Part shown: piece by piece, positions 1 through 8,768 of the stretch
Numbering within the stretch: position 1 is the stretch's first letter
Layout: each line of letters begins with the position of its first letter
Source: a virus
Taxonomy: Duplodnaviria; Heunggongvirae; Uroviricota; Caudoviricetes
Direction: 5' to 3' (one strand)
DNA length: 21,290 nt
Virus record (IMG/VR): IMGVR_UViG_2657244961_000005
Position numbers and translations under genes: made by a program
The notes under the pieces: model-generated
The model's input: only the letters and a program-made list of their open reading frames with translations
Databases searched by the model: none
What the model was told of the DNA's origin: nothing

Positions 1-1284
1 TTACAGACTTCTGGAAGGTTGCGCAGCTCTTACAACACGCGGTTGATCTTCCGCAGCGTCTTCCAGCGCACTTAAATCACGGTCTTTCACTTCTGGCATT
101 TTCAGCGCAGAGATTAAACCAATCACTGAATATGCCATGATCATAATGGCGATCGGATACCAGGATTCCGTCATGGTGCAGAAAATACCCGCCAGGATAG
201 GACCAAAACCGGAAGCGATAAGACCACCAATTTCTTTAGAAATGGCCATCCGGGTAAAGCGGTTTTTACAGCCGAACATTTCTGCCATGGTAATGTTTTC
301 CAGAGCAAATAATCCCAGCACCGCACAGTTATGAATCACAATCAGTGCAACCATAATGGTGCTCGGGGCATAGCTTTTATCTACAATGATAGAAAGCATT
401 GGCCATGCCAGCACAATCGCGGAGGTATTCATAATAATATACGGGATCCGGCGACCAATTTTATCGGATAACCAACCAAGGAACGGAATGGTCATAAAGC
501 CGAGAATCGAACTAATCATCAATGCATCTGTTGGAATTGCTTTGTTAAACAATAACGTCTGCACTAAATAGCCTGCAAGGAAAGTCTGAATTAACCCGGA
601 GTTACCCGCCTGACCAAAACGCAGCCCTGTTGCCAGCCAGAAGGATTTGCTCTGGAACATGCTACCAGCAGGTGCAGGTTTTGCTGTGGGTTGGTTGCTG
701 TCATTAACCTTCTCAAAGACCGGGCTTTCTTTCAGATTCATACGTAACCAGATAGCAAAGACCATCACGACAACGCTCGCCAGGAACGGTATACGCCATC
801 CCCACGCCAGCAGTTCCTCTTTACTGAGAATGAAGAACATAAAGGCCCAGATTGCCGTTGCGCTCAAGGTTCCGCAGTTAGTTCCCATAGCTACAAATGA
901 GGAGATAATTCCGCGCTTACCTTTTGGTGCATATTCCGCCAGCATCGTACCGGCACCGGAAATTTCCGCACCTGCACCCAACCCCTGAATAATACGCAGC
1001 GTCACCAGCAAGATGGGGGCAAAAACACCAATCTGTGCATAGGTCGGTAACACACCAATTAAGGTGGTACAGATCCCCATCATGGTGATGGTAATAAAGA
1101 GCACTTTTTTACGCCCTATTCTGTCGCCCATTTTGCCGAAAATAAATGCTCCGACAATACGCGCCACATAACCTGCACCGTAGGTTCCCATTGCCAAAAT
1201 TAACGCCATTGCCGTTGATGATTCAGGAAAAAATATTTCATGAAACACCAACGCTGCGCCGAGCGAATATAACTGGAAATCCAT
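1..1284 (-). CDS. ydfJ: MFS transporter, metabolite:H+ symporter family (YdfJ-like); appears N-terminally truncated
   Basis: 427-aa ORF, multi-TM hydrophobic profile, GxxxDRxGRKK loop motif typical of MFS. Protein begins MDFQLYSLGAALVFHEIFFP, i.e. inside what is normally the first TM helix of this family, and an in-frame stop (rc of tca at 1288-1290) lies immediately upstream of the ATG. Gene symbol is from memory of K-12 YdfJ, not verified. Confidence 0.8.
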   Translation of the reverse strand: MDFQLYSLGAALVFHEIFFPESSTAMALILAMGTYGAGYVARIVGAFIFGKMGDRIGRKKVLFITITMMGICTTLIGVLPTYAQIGVFAPILLVTLRIIQGLGAGAEISGAGTMLAEYAPKGKRGIISSFVAMGTNCGTLSATAIWAFMFFILSKEELLAWGWRIPFLASVVVMVFAIWLRMNLKESPVFEKVNDSNQPTAKPAPAGSMFQSKSFWLATGLRFGQAGNSGLIQTFLAGYLVQTLLFNKAIPTDALMISSILGFMTIPFLGWLSDKIGRRIPYIIMNTSAIVLAWPMLSIIVDKSYAPSTIMVALIVIHNCAVLGLFALENITMAEMFGCKNRFTRMAISKEIGGLIASGFGPILAGIFCTMTESWYPIAIMIMAYSVIGLISALKMPEVKDRDLSALEDAAEDQPRVVRAAQPSRSL

Positions 1285-1523
1285 AATTCACAGATGTTTT
1301 TTCTCATTCTGTGGTTTCCTTGGCGCTTTCTAGGTTTTTTCAGATAGTTACATTTTTTCAAAAGCATCCTGAGTTCGATCTTACTATCTATCTGTGGCCT
1401 ATTTCTGTCCCATATATGCCCCAAAAAACACCCCAACAGATAAGCAATCTTTTCATGGTGTTACGCGTAAAAACAATAACGGCTTGAAATTATTCAATAC
1501 ACTCTCGAAAGTGCATCAGCCAA

Positions 1524-1557
1524 CCGCAGAACGTTATTGCATACAACGTTTCTGCGG
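1524..1557. repeat. Imperfect 12-bp inverted repeat (ccgcagaacgtt ... aacgtt-t-ctgcgg) with 9-nt loop
   Basis: Read directly; no flanking T-run on either strand, so not an intrinsic terminator; possible protein-binding palindrome. Confidence 0.4.
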
Positions 1558-2000
1558 CATATCACGAAACGATTACTTAATGACTGGGACTTCAGACCAC
1601 TCAATATCCGGTACAATTATGTATCAACGCAGTTTAACAACACCCTATATTTAATCCAGAGTGCGAGCAACGTTGTCCCTTTCTCTTTTGCACTCTTAAA
1701 ATATACGATTACTTAAGTGAAGATGCTTGACGAATCGCCAAATAAAACATCTTCATCAGCATAAAAATCCATATATGATTGAAAATTTAGTCATTAATAC
1801 CATTCATATCTGAATACTAACCTAATATGCTTACTAACCGTGAGAAATCTTTTTTTTCGACTTAATCACTCGAAATAAACTTTCACTCAATTGAAAACAA
1901 TTAGCTACAATTATCATTGCAATATCAAATCAAACATAACAACTTGCATAAATTCTCATGGGATACAGCATCAGTTGTGCCAAACACATAAGGAATTGAA

Positions 2001-2198
2001 ATGGACGGAGAAAGCTTTAACTTTGATGACAATGATATTGAATTTATTGCTTCAATGTATGCATCATGTAAATTATCAGGAAGTATCGCCCCCATAATGC
2101 ATATAATGGTTAGCATTCCAAAAAATAAGAAAAAACAATTCTACGAACGAGTTGAGCATTATTGTAGTTTATATTCCAATAAAAACCCACCTTCTTAA
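2001..2198 (+). CDS. Hypothetical small protein (65 aa) in AT-rich region
   Basis: ATG at 2001 preceded by AAGGA (1990-1994) with 6-nt spacing; no recognisable family. Confidence 0.25.
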   Translation: MDGESFNFDDNDIEFIASMYASCKLSGSIAPIMHIMVSIPKNKKKQFYERVEHYCSLYSNKNPPS

Positions 2199-2330
2199 AT
2201 TCGCTGCATTCTAGTGGATTCCATTAAGAAAACAATGACATACACTCAAACACATCTTTTTTATCAACAGTGAATTTCAGTTCGGCCAGTTTTTACCAGC
2301 TATTATAAAAATAGCACCCATATAAAGTTT

Positions 2331-2447
2331 TTACCCCACAGGTACAGCTGGCCATTCGATAACCGCACTAAGGAAGTGCCAACACGACATCAGCAAGACC
2401 CGATATTTCTTCCATGCCGCCAGCAACGATGTTAAGGTTAAATTAAT
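2331..2447 (-). pseudogene. Remnant of the 3' end of a second tail-fibre assembly (tfa) gene
   Basis: Minus-strand translation ...[13 protein letters not shown]...IEWPVAPVG* parallels the C-terminus of the intact Tfa at 3019-3600 (...[13 protein letters not shown]...IEWPVAPIG*); nucleotide similarity visible between 2331-2440 and 3019-3130; upstream of the remnant the sequence becomes AT-rich non-coding. Confidence 0.6.
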
Positions 2448-2902
2448 TATAAAAAAATATATTATAATTCCATCTTCGCATTAAATTTTAACCTTTAATC
2501 TCCACACGGAACAAGTTGCATAGGTGACTATATTAAGAAAACTTATAACCACCAAAAAGATTTGCTTTGCAAGCAAAAACAGTGACCATTGACTCTAAGA
2601 AAATTCCGATCTATTGTTAGTGTCATCAAAGTTACTTAACAGTATTCCGAAATGAAAATACAAAGCAAGCTAATTGTCTTATTAAACATTATCATTGCAT
2701 TTATATTATTTGAGCTTTTAGCTCAAAAATTTGGTTTGAGTACATTATTTTAAAGCAAGATAAACAATATCGGGCACTCTAGTTTTTATAATTAACAATT
2801 AAACGCCCATAAAATGTTATTTACTTTTCTTCGCTATTGTCATATCTTAATATAGTGGCTTACGCCACTCTACTTTCATCATATTTTGTACGTTTATGTA
2901 CT

Positions 2903-2935
2903 CGCCATGAAGCTCTTTCATGGCGATTTTTTATT
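2903..2935 (+). terminator. Putative rho-independent terminator (plus strand)
   Basis: Perfect 9-bp stem cgccatgaa/ttcatggcg with 5-nt loop, followed by ATTTTTTATT. Confidence 0.4.
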
Positions 2936-3018
2936 CTTAATCCAAGAACATACTCCCTACCTATAGAAAAATCACTTTTTGAACAAAAGAATAACGTATT
3001 TAGGTAATCATTACGAAT

Positions 3019-3600
3019 TTACCCTATAGGTGCTACTGGCCATTCAATATCCGGTGCAGTTGTTGTATTAACACGGTTCAGCAACACCCGATACTTCTTC
3101 CAGGCTTCCAGCAACGAGATTTCTTCCTCCGTTGCAATTTCCAGATCTGCAGCATCCTGAAGCGGCGCAATATGCTCACTGGCTACCTGCATCAGGTTGT
3201 TTTTTGTTTCTTCCGCCTCCCGGATCCGGAACAGTTTTTCTGCTTCCGTATCCTTCACCCAGGCTGTGCCGTTCCACTTCTGATATTCCCCTTCCGGCGA
3301 TAACCAGGTGACATTTTCCGGTAACGAGCCAAGTTCAGAAATAAATAACGCGTCGCCGGAAGCCACGTCATAGACGGTTTTTCCCCGATGATCTTCAACG
3401 AGATGCCACGATGCCTCATCACTGTTGAAAACAGCCACAAAGCCAGCCGGAATATCTGGCGGTGCAATATCGGTACTGTTTGCTGGCAGACCTGTATGAG
3501 GCGGAATATATGCGTCACCTTCACCAATAAATTCATTAGTTCCGGCCAGCAGATTATAAATTTTTATGGTCCGTGGTTGTTCACTCATTCTGAATGCCAT
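3019..3600 (-). CDS. Tail fibre assembly protein (Tfa family)
   Basis: 193-aa ORF; translation [24 protein letters not shown]...EWPVAPIG matches the lambdoid Tfa chaperone family from memory; ATG overlaps stop of upstream tail-fibre ORF (TAATG). Confidence 0.9.
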   Translation of the reverse strand: MAFRMSEQPRTIKIYNLLAGTNEFIGEGDAYIPPHTGLPANSTDIAPPDIPAGFVAVFNSDEASWHLVEDHRGKTVYDVASGDALFISELGSLPENVTWLSPEGEYQKWNGTAWVKDTEAEKLFRIREAEETKNNLMQVASEHIAPLQDAADLEIATEEEISLLEAWKKYRVLLNRVNTTTAPDIEWPVAPIG

Positions 3601-5297
3601 TATGCAAGCCTCACAATATAGTTAAATGCGATGTTTTTGACGGTGTTTTCCGCGTTACCAGCAGCGTTAACGGTGATGGTGTGTCCATGTGAACCAATCG
3701 CAACGGAGTGCGTGTGTGCACCAATACCGACAGTATGTGCGTGTGCACCTGCAGATGCTGCTGTGCCGGACAGTGAGTGGCTATGGTTACCATCTGTACT
3801 GGTATTAGCTAACGCCCCCGTAGACATACCTACTGAGCCTTGTACACCCCAGGTATTTTGACCTGAGCTTGTATAACCATATTGATAAGTATCTTTAAAA
3901 ACACTGGGGTTAAATCGACGGCCATCTCTATGGCTGTGATTACCAGCTGCATTCGTGCTGCCACTTAAACTATGGGTATGCGCACCAGTGTTATTCGTGG
4001 ATTTAGTGCCGTAATCAAACGACGATGTGGTTTTCGTCCCCAAATCAGTACTGGATGCGCTGGCGCTGTGGGTATGCGATTTTATGCCGTCCTGTTCCTG
4101 AGACAATACGGCACGACCACTGGCGGGCTTGCCCTTAATCGTCCAGCCACGCATATCAGGGATCACGCCTGACGGATAAGCGGCTGCAAGTTTCGGGTAG
4201 GCAGATTTGTCAAAAGTCTGCCCCTGCATCAGGGCATAACCAGACGGAACGGTATCTGATGGCCACGGGATTGGTGCGCCGACTGGGTAGCTTTCTGGTG
4301 GAAGATTTTTCGAGGTATAAACTTCTGCCCAGTCTTCCTCAAAACCATAACCGTCTCTTGAAGAACGGTAGAACAGACCACCATTTCTGTAATGCGCCTT
4401 CATCTGCAAGGTCCGGCAACTTCCGACTCCGGTATAGAAGTTAACCAGAATATAGCTGTCGCCAGAGCGGGTGACATTATAAGCGCCTGATTCGGCATTC
4501 CAGGGAACGCCACCATCCGCATCGGCATATGTATCCGTTGCCCTTCTGGCAAAAGCAGCCACATGCGCGGCGGTTAAAGTAATATCTTTGGAACCATCAA
4601 ACTCAACACCAGAAACCCGTCTTGGCGTTTGCAGCTTTGTTGCTGTTAATGCATTACCGTTCAGACTTGCGGACAGTTTGGTTCCAATAACCAGTTCGCC
4701 GGTTGCGTTATCAATAGCAAACGGTCTTAATGTATTCCAGCCACCATAAACATCACCTTGATTGGTAAGCAGCAGGTAAGTTTTAGCGCCATCATTACGC
4801 CATAATGCCCCATACTCCCCACCTATCATTCGAATCTGATTACCACCACGCGCTACAATTTCGTCTGTGGCAAAAAGTTTTTTGCACGACAAGTTATCGT
4901 TAACGATTAATGAATGAGACTCATAAAAACCACGCCCACTCTTAAAATCAAGGATAACGTCCGCCGCGATACATTCAGTCGCCGGATTTGTTGCCCCAAA
5001 CTTATAGGTCGTATCATTAACAACGAGATCAGCACCAGGTGCGGATATTGACAGGCCATCTTCGATAAACGCAAAAACAGGGAAAGCAGCGCCATCAACA
5101 TAGAACACAGAGCGCAAATCATCGCCCTTATTACTCATCATTATTGAGTGGATGGCTCGTTCATTGTTTTGATATTGCCAGAACATTCCATAAGCATAAC
5201 GCCCCCTGTCAGTCCAGCCACCAGGCATAACAAATCCGTTATTCGAGCAACCCACCAGCGATATCAGCAGGAACAGGCAGATCACAGGTTTTTTCAC
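3600..5297 (-). CDS. Chimeric side tail fibre protein: lipoprotein-type signal peptide plus unknown ~200-aa region fused to side-tail-fibre distal domain
   Basis: 565-aa ORF; GTG start at 5297 with GGGAG about 10 nt upstream; N-terminus [17 protein letters not shown] has an n-region, hydrophobic core and L-V-G-C lipobox; C-terminal ~350 aa carries His-rich GAHTHS/GNHSHS/GAHAHT repeats typical of lambdoid Stf distal domains; start overlaps 3' end of spanin-like gene by 59 nt. Confidence 0.75.
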   Translation of the reverse strand: MKKPVICLFLLISLVGCSNNGFVMPGGWTDRGRYAYGMFWQYQNNERAIHSIMMSNKGDDLRSVFYVDGAAFPVFAFIEDGLSISAPGADLVVNDTTYKFGATNPATECIAADVILDFKSGRGFYESHSLIVNDNLSCKKLFATDEIVARGGNQIRMIGGEYGALWRNDGAKTYLLLTNQGDVYGGWNTLRPFAIDNATGELVIGTKLSASLNGNALTATKLQTPRRVSGVEFDGSKDITLTAAHVAAFARRATDTYADADGGVPWNAESGAYNVTRSGDSYILVNFYTGVGSCRTLQMKAHYRNGGLFYRSSRDGYGFEEDWAEVYTSKNLPPESYPVGAPIPWPSDTVPSGYALMQGQTFDKSAYPKLAAAYPSGVIPDMRGWTIKGKPASGRAVLSQEQDGIKSHTHSASASSTDLGTKTTSSFDYGTKSTNNTGAHTHSLSGSTNAAGNHSHRDGRRFNPSVFKDTYQYGYTSSGQNTWGVQGSVGMSTGALANTSTDGNHSHSLSGTAASAGAHAHTVGIGAHTHSVAIGSHGHTITVNAAGNAENTVKNIAFNYIVRLA

Positions 5298-5562
5298 GGC
5301 GGAGAATCTCCCGGTATTCGATTACGGTTTTTTCGGTGCTGGTGTCGATCAGGGAGTTAAGACTGTTGGCATGTTCTGCAACCTGATTGAATCGATTGAA
5401 GTTGAATGCCTGGGTGGCGATTACCTGCCCCAGCATAGAGTTGTCACTTCGCAGAACGTCGTTATCGCTCTGAAGATTACTGGCGTAAGAGCAACTCTTG
5501 ACGAGAGCGACCGAAAGGCCAGCAATAACGACAACGCCTATAAGATCCGGATTAATTTTCAT
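5239..5562 (-). CDS. Putative i-spanin (Rz-like): N-terminal TM segment plus periplasmic helical region
   Basis: ATG at 5562 overlaps lysozyme stop (ATGA); translation [21 protein letters not shown]... has a single N-terminal TM helix followed by a polar, probably helical region; position immediately after endolysin. Confidence 0.5.
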   Translation of the reverse strand: MKINPDLIGVVVIAGLSVALVKSCSYASNLQSDNDVLRSDNSMLGQVIATQAFNFNRFNQVAEHANSLNSLIDTSTEKTVIEYREILRREKTCDLPVPADIAGGLLE

Positions 5563-6101
5563 TGCTCCAGCCCCCAGCACGCCAGTGCGCTTTCCTGATC
5601 GCGCCGCTCGACCTGCCCATAACAGCCATTCTTCTGCCCTTTTGTCAGGCGGCAATCACGCCCACCATCTTTTATCCACCAGCGAATCGCCTCGCATGCC
5701 CCCTTACGATCATCGGCATTCAGCCGCTTATAAAACGTCGACGGGAAACACTTACCGGGGCCAATGTTATAGGGACAAAATGACGCTATACCCGCTTTCT
5801 GTGGTTCGGTCAGTGGCACTTTAATATTGCGCTCCACCCATGCCAGCGCCTTATCCCGTTCAATGGCGTTAACCTGGTCGCATTTTTCCTTCGACAGTTT
5901 CATACCGGGAAAAACGGGTTTTCCATCCACCACCGTGGCACCCCGACAGATGGTCCAGATGCCGGAACCATCGCGGTATGCCGTTGTGTGGTTACCTTCT
6001 TTTTCATTCAGAAACTGGTCGAGAATATCAGGCGCAGGCGCACCGACGGCAATCAGTGCCAGAACGGCAGCCGACAGGCCGTATCTGATTTTTACGTTCA
6101 T
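5559..6101 (-). CDS. Endolysin, T4-lysozyme-like (GH24) with SAR-type N-terminal signal-anchor
   Basis: 180 aa; catalytic E-x8-D-x5-T triad present (EKEGNHTTAYRDGSGIWT); N-terminal Gly/Ala-rich weakly hydrophobic segment YGLSAAVLALIAVGAPAP typical of SAR endolysins. Confidence 0.85.
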   Translation of the reverse strand: MNVKIRYGLSAAVLALIAVGAPAPDILDQFLNEKEGNHTTAYRDGSGIWTICRGATVVDGKPVFPGMKLSKEKCDQVNAIERDKALAWVERNIKVPLTEPQKAGIASFCPYNIGPGKCFPSTFYKRLNADDRKGACEAIRWWIKDGGRDCRLTKGQKNGCYGQVERRDQESALACWGLEQ

Positions 6102-6206
6102 GGATTTTTATCAGGATTTATCGGTTTCTGAACCCTGGATATGTTTATCTGTCCCGGCCTGTTGAATCAGGCAAGGAATAGTTAAATACAATAGAGAGGA
6201 TTGTTT

Positions 6207-6479
6207 ATGGACAATAGCACCATTTCTCTACAGGAGTTGCTCGACTGCATTTCCAAGCTTCGGGATGATGTAAATGCCCTTACTGTCGCATTTTCATATC
6301 TGGCATTCTCAATTCCCAAGGAACAAATGCAACCAACACTGGCATCGCTCCAGCTTGAATCACTCAACCCCAAATGGTCCCAGCAACAACAAAATTCTTT
6401 CAAGTGGCTGGCGATATTACTGGAAGAAAAATATGCTGGTGAAATTACCATTTCGGCGGAGTCTTCAGAGAACCAGTAA
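6207..6479 (+). CDS. Hypothetical protein (90 aa), convergent with lysis genes
   Basis: ATG at 6207 preceded by AGAGGA with 6-nt spacing; no family recognised; 3' end overlaps minus-strand ORF 6445-6789 by 35 nt. Confidence 0.3.
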   Translation: MDNSTISLQELLDCISKLRDDVNALTVAFSYLAFSIPKEQMQPTLASLQLESLNPKWSQQQQNSFKWLAILLEEKYAGEITISAESSENQ

Positions 6480-6789
6480 TTCTTCCCGGTAGCTTTCCTT
6501 TGTAGGTTATCCACACATTCTGCGCCTCTAAAATTATGGGGCGCTTTTCCGGCGACAGCTCATCCCCTTCACATAACCCGGCAGCAACATCCAGGAAGAC
6601 CTGTCTGATGCTCCTTCTGGCTGCTGCCTCATAAAACTCCAGCGCGGCACCTTCAACACGGTCCAGCGAGATGTCCAGGTCAAAAATTTCACCGTCAAAG
6701 CGTTCTTTGTCCCGTAACGCTAAAGTTACCGTAACTTTATTCTCAAAATTGCGGATCCCTTTCACAATCAGTTCATATTTTTGAGTCAT
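6445..6789 (-). CDS. Lysis-cassette protein of unknown function (YdfR-like position between holin and endolysin)
   Basis: 114-aa ORF; ATG at 6789 with GGAGAG about 7 nt upstream; holin stop codon lies within its RBS region, suggesting coupling. Confidence 0.6.
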   Translation of the reverse strand: MTQKYELIVKGIRNFENKVTVTLALRDKERFDGEIFDLDISLDRVEGAALEFYEAAARRSIRQVFLDVAAGLCEGDELSPEKRPIILEAQNVWITYKGKLPGRITGSLKTPPKW

Positions 6790-6793
6790 TGAA

Positions 6794-7009
6794 TTACTCT
6801 CCCCGTGCAGCCTTACGCTTGTCTTCTTTAATCTTGAAATAAAGGTTTGTCAGGTACGTCAGCAGGCCAAATACCAGGCTACCCAGCACACCTATTGCTG
6901 CCCACTGTGAGGGCGTGACTTTATCGAGCAGCTGTAAAAACCAGTAGCCAGCACTGCCTGCGGAGGTGCCGTAGGCAATGCCTGTTGAAATTTTGTCCAT
7001 GGATTTCAT
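6794..7009 (-). CDS. Pinholin, phage 21 S-like (class II holin) with dual-start motif
   Basis: 71 aa [26 protein letters not shown]...KRKAARGE; two in-frame Met codons (7009 and 7000) as in S21 holin/antiholin; GGAGG 7 nt upstream. Confidence 0.85.
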   Translation of the reverse strand: MKSMDKISTGIAYGTSAGSAGYWFLQLLDKVTPSQWAAIGVLGSLVFGLLTYLTNLYFKIKEDKRKAARGE

Positions 7010-7107
7010 AGCCTCACCTCCGCACGGAACGGATGGCATAGTTATTATGTGTAGGCTTCCAGACACATCAATCGGAGCCTTAATTGATATATATGCTGGA
7101 GACGATG

Positions 7108-7135
7108 CAATATAAAAAGCTCGCCGTAGCGAGCT
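7108..7135 (-). terminator. Putative rho-independent terminator (minus strand) between lipoprotein gene and holin
   Basis: 7-bp stem agctcgc/gcgagct with cgta loop; on the minus strand followed by TTTTTATATTG. Confidence 0.5.
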
Positions 7136-7260
7136 AATAAAATGTATTTCTCTGATATTATGTTTATTTGTATTAGCTCAGACTTGACATCACAGGTTTC
7201 GTATATAGAACATCATCAAATCTGTCAGTTTGCTATGAATGAGATATAGTAATTGAAGAG

Positions 7261-7656
7261 CTAACCTCGCATGTCAAAGCCAGATTTCTGAAAATCTCTG
7301 TAGACTTCCGGATTGTTGAAGGCCGGAAATTTGGCTTTATGAGCTGCGGACTTTATCGCTTCGCAATAGGCTTTATCACCGTTACTGGTAGATATTTTTA
7401 ACGCCGTGCCATCCTGAGAGAATTCCATATGCAACCTGCATTTTTTCCCTTTCCAGTTATGCGGCTCATCAAGTTTGGCATTAATTGCAGCTCTGATTCC
7501 CCGCGCTTGCGCCCCCCATTCATCCTGATCATCCCAGCGTCCTGAACTGCAACTACCTGTAGCAGTAGTTTTGTGGCAATCTGAAGGGTGTAAAGGTGTG
7601 CATCCCGCAACAAAACCGACCCAAAAAGTCAACATAACGATTTTCTTTAATCCCAC
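7261..7656 (-). CDS. Lipoprotein with TolA C-terminal-domain-like region (paralog 1)
   Basis: 131 aa; GTG start at 7656 with GAGGAG 6 nt upstream; signal peptide with lipobox VAGC; C-terminal ...KCRLHMEFSQDG...CEAIKSAAHKAKFPAFNNPEVYRDFQKSGFD aligns with paralog 2. Confidence 0.7.
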   Translation of the reverse strand: MGLKKIVMLTFWVGFVAGCTPLHPSDCHKTTATGSCSSGRWDDQDEWGAQARGIRAAINAKLDEPHNWKGKKCRLHMEFSQDGTALKISTSNGDKAYCEAIKSAAHKAKFPAFNNPEVYRDFQKSGFDMRG

Positions 7657-7806
7657 TTCTTGCTCCTCAATCCATTAAAATCTCAGCAATAGTAGTTGTT
7701 ACGTCCGCCACTGGCTCAGAGCTGACTATCCGCTAGATTTAGCTCAGTGCCGTAGTTGTGTCAGAACAAACCTAAGCCGAAACCGTTTATTACAAAACAA
7801 TAAATA

Positions 7807-8235
7807 TCAGGGTTTAAAATCCAGCACCCCATTTTGAAATACTTTATATACTTCCGGCGAAGGGGGGGCAGGTATATCAGCATTCTTTATCGCATTCATC
7901 GCTTCACGACATAAATCGAGGTCTCCACTTTCTCTTTTAACCTCCAGTAGAAGGCCATTCGGGGCCATATGCATTCTCAGTGTACACTCTTTTCCTGAAT
8001 ACTTACTCGCATCCCCGAACTGTTTTTCGATGGCGCTCTTGATTTGATGGGCATACAGACGGATATCCTCACTAACATCAGAAGTACGTTCAGATGAACT
8101 CACATACTGTGTCTCTATTGCTTTATCGGAGTAATATGATGTACGGTCATGATAATTTGTCGATACAGCATCAGTGCACCCGATAATAATCCCACTAATA
8201 ATCAACGTAAGAATTGATGCGCTACGAAAACCCAT
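7807..8235 (-). CDS. Lipoprotein with TolA domain III-like C-terminus (paralog 2)
   Basis: 142 aa; ATG at 8235 with GAGGA about 5 nt upstream; lipobox IIGC; C-terminus YAHQIKSAIEKQFGDASKYSGKECTLRMHMAPNGLLLEVKRESGDLDLCREAMNAIKNADIPAPPSPEVYKVFQNGVLDFKP closely parallels the E. coli TolA C-terminal domain as I recall it (...YAGQIKSAIESKFYDASSYAGKTCTLRIKLAPDGMLLDIKPEGGDPALCQAALAAAKLAKIPKPPSQAVYEVFKNAPLDFKP). Confidence 0.75.
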   Translation of the reverse strand: MGFRSASILTLIISGIIIGCTDAVSTNYHDRTSYYSDKAIETQYVSSSERTSDVSEDIRLYAHQIKSAIEKQFGDASKYSGKECTLRMHMAPNGLLLEVKRESGDLDLCREAMNAIKNADIPAPPSPEVYKVFQNGVLDFKP

Positions 8236-8264
8236 TTTTCCTCACATATGTCATATAGTAAAGG

Positions 8265-8294
8265 ATTATATATACCGTTGTTTTGGACGCTCAA
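8265..8294 (-). promoter_or_regulatory. Candidate sigma70 promoter for lipoprotein gene 7807-8235
   Basis: On minus strand: -35 TTGAGC (8294-8289), 18-bp spacer, -10 TATAAT (8270-8265), about 29 nt upstream of the ATG. Confidence 0.35.
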
Positions 8295-8768
8295 ACAGCG
8301 AATCAGATCAAATAAAACGCACATTTGTTAACATTTACACAAAGTCTGCGTGGGATATTCTGAAAGAATATCCATAATGTGGAGAGAATCTATTGAAGTG
8401 CATGGTGCCGGGGGCCTCCCGGTGAATTCAGTACCAGCACCTGAATCCACGATTATCCCATATACCTACTCGCTGATTGCCCCTCCGCACAGGGGGATTC
8501 ACCATGCCAGTTTCTTTTAACAAACTCCCCGCAAACCAGAGAACAGTCAACCGCCTGAATTGTGAAGTATTTAAAAATTTCTCCCGCTAACTGATACCCG
8601 GCTAACAGTCTGGCGTTTTCTTTTTCAGCAACGGGAAAGCAACAACTACCACACCCGCCACCAGCACACCGTCAGCCAGCACTGACATTATCCGGCTGCT
8701 GCAATGCCATTCACAAAAACAGTAAGCAATCACTTTTTACCGTAACAGGTGATAATCCAGATATGTAT

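Noticed and set aside
137-988. Three plus-strand ORFs (65, 61 and 113 aa) antisense to the MFS transporter gene
   Set aside because: Overlap a convincing membrane transporter ORF; no start signals.
3255-3621. ORFs overlapping the tfa gene (93 aa minus strand, 77 aa plus strand)
   Set aside because: Alternative-frame or antisense ORFs within a well-supported gene.
3600-5297. Reading the first about 60 codons of the tail-fibre ORF as a separate complete o-spanin (Rz1) gene
   Set aside because: No in-frame stop codon ends a short Rz1-like product and the sequence after the lipobox is not Pro-rich; kept as a single chimeric ORF, with the fusion hypothesis recorded as a finding.
5827-6165. 112-aa plus-strand ORF antisense to the endolysin gene
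   Set aside because: Embedded antisense ORF with no support.
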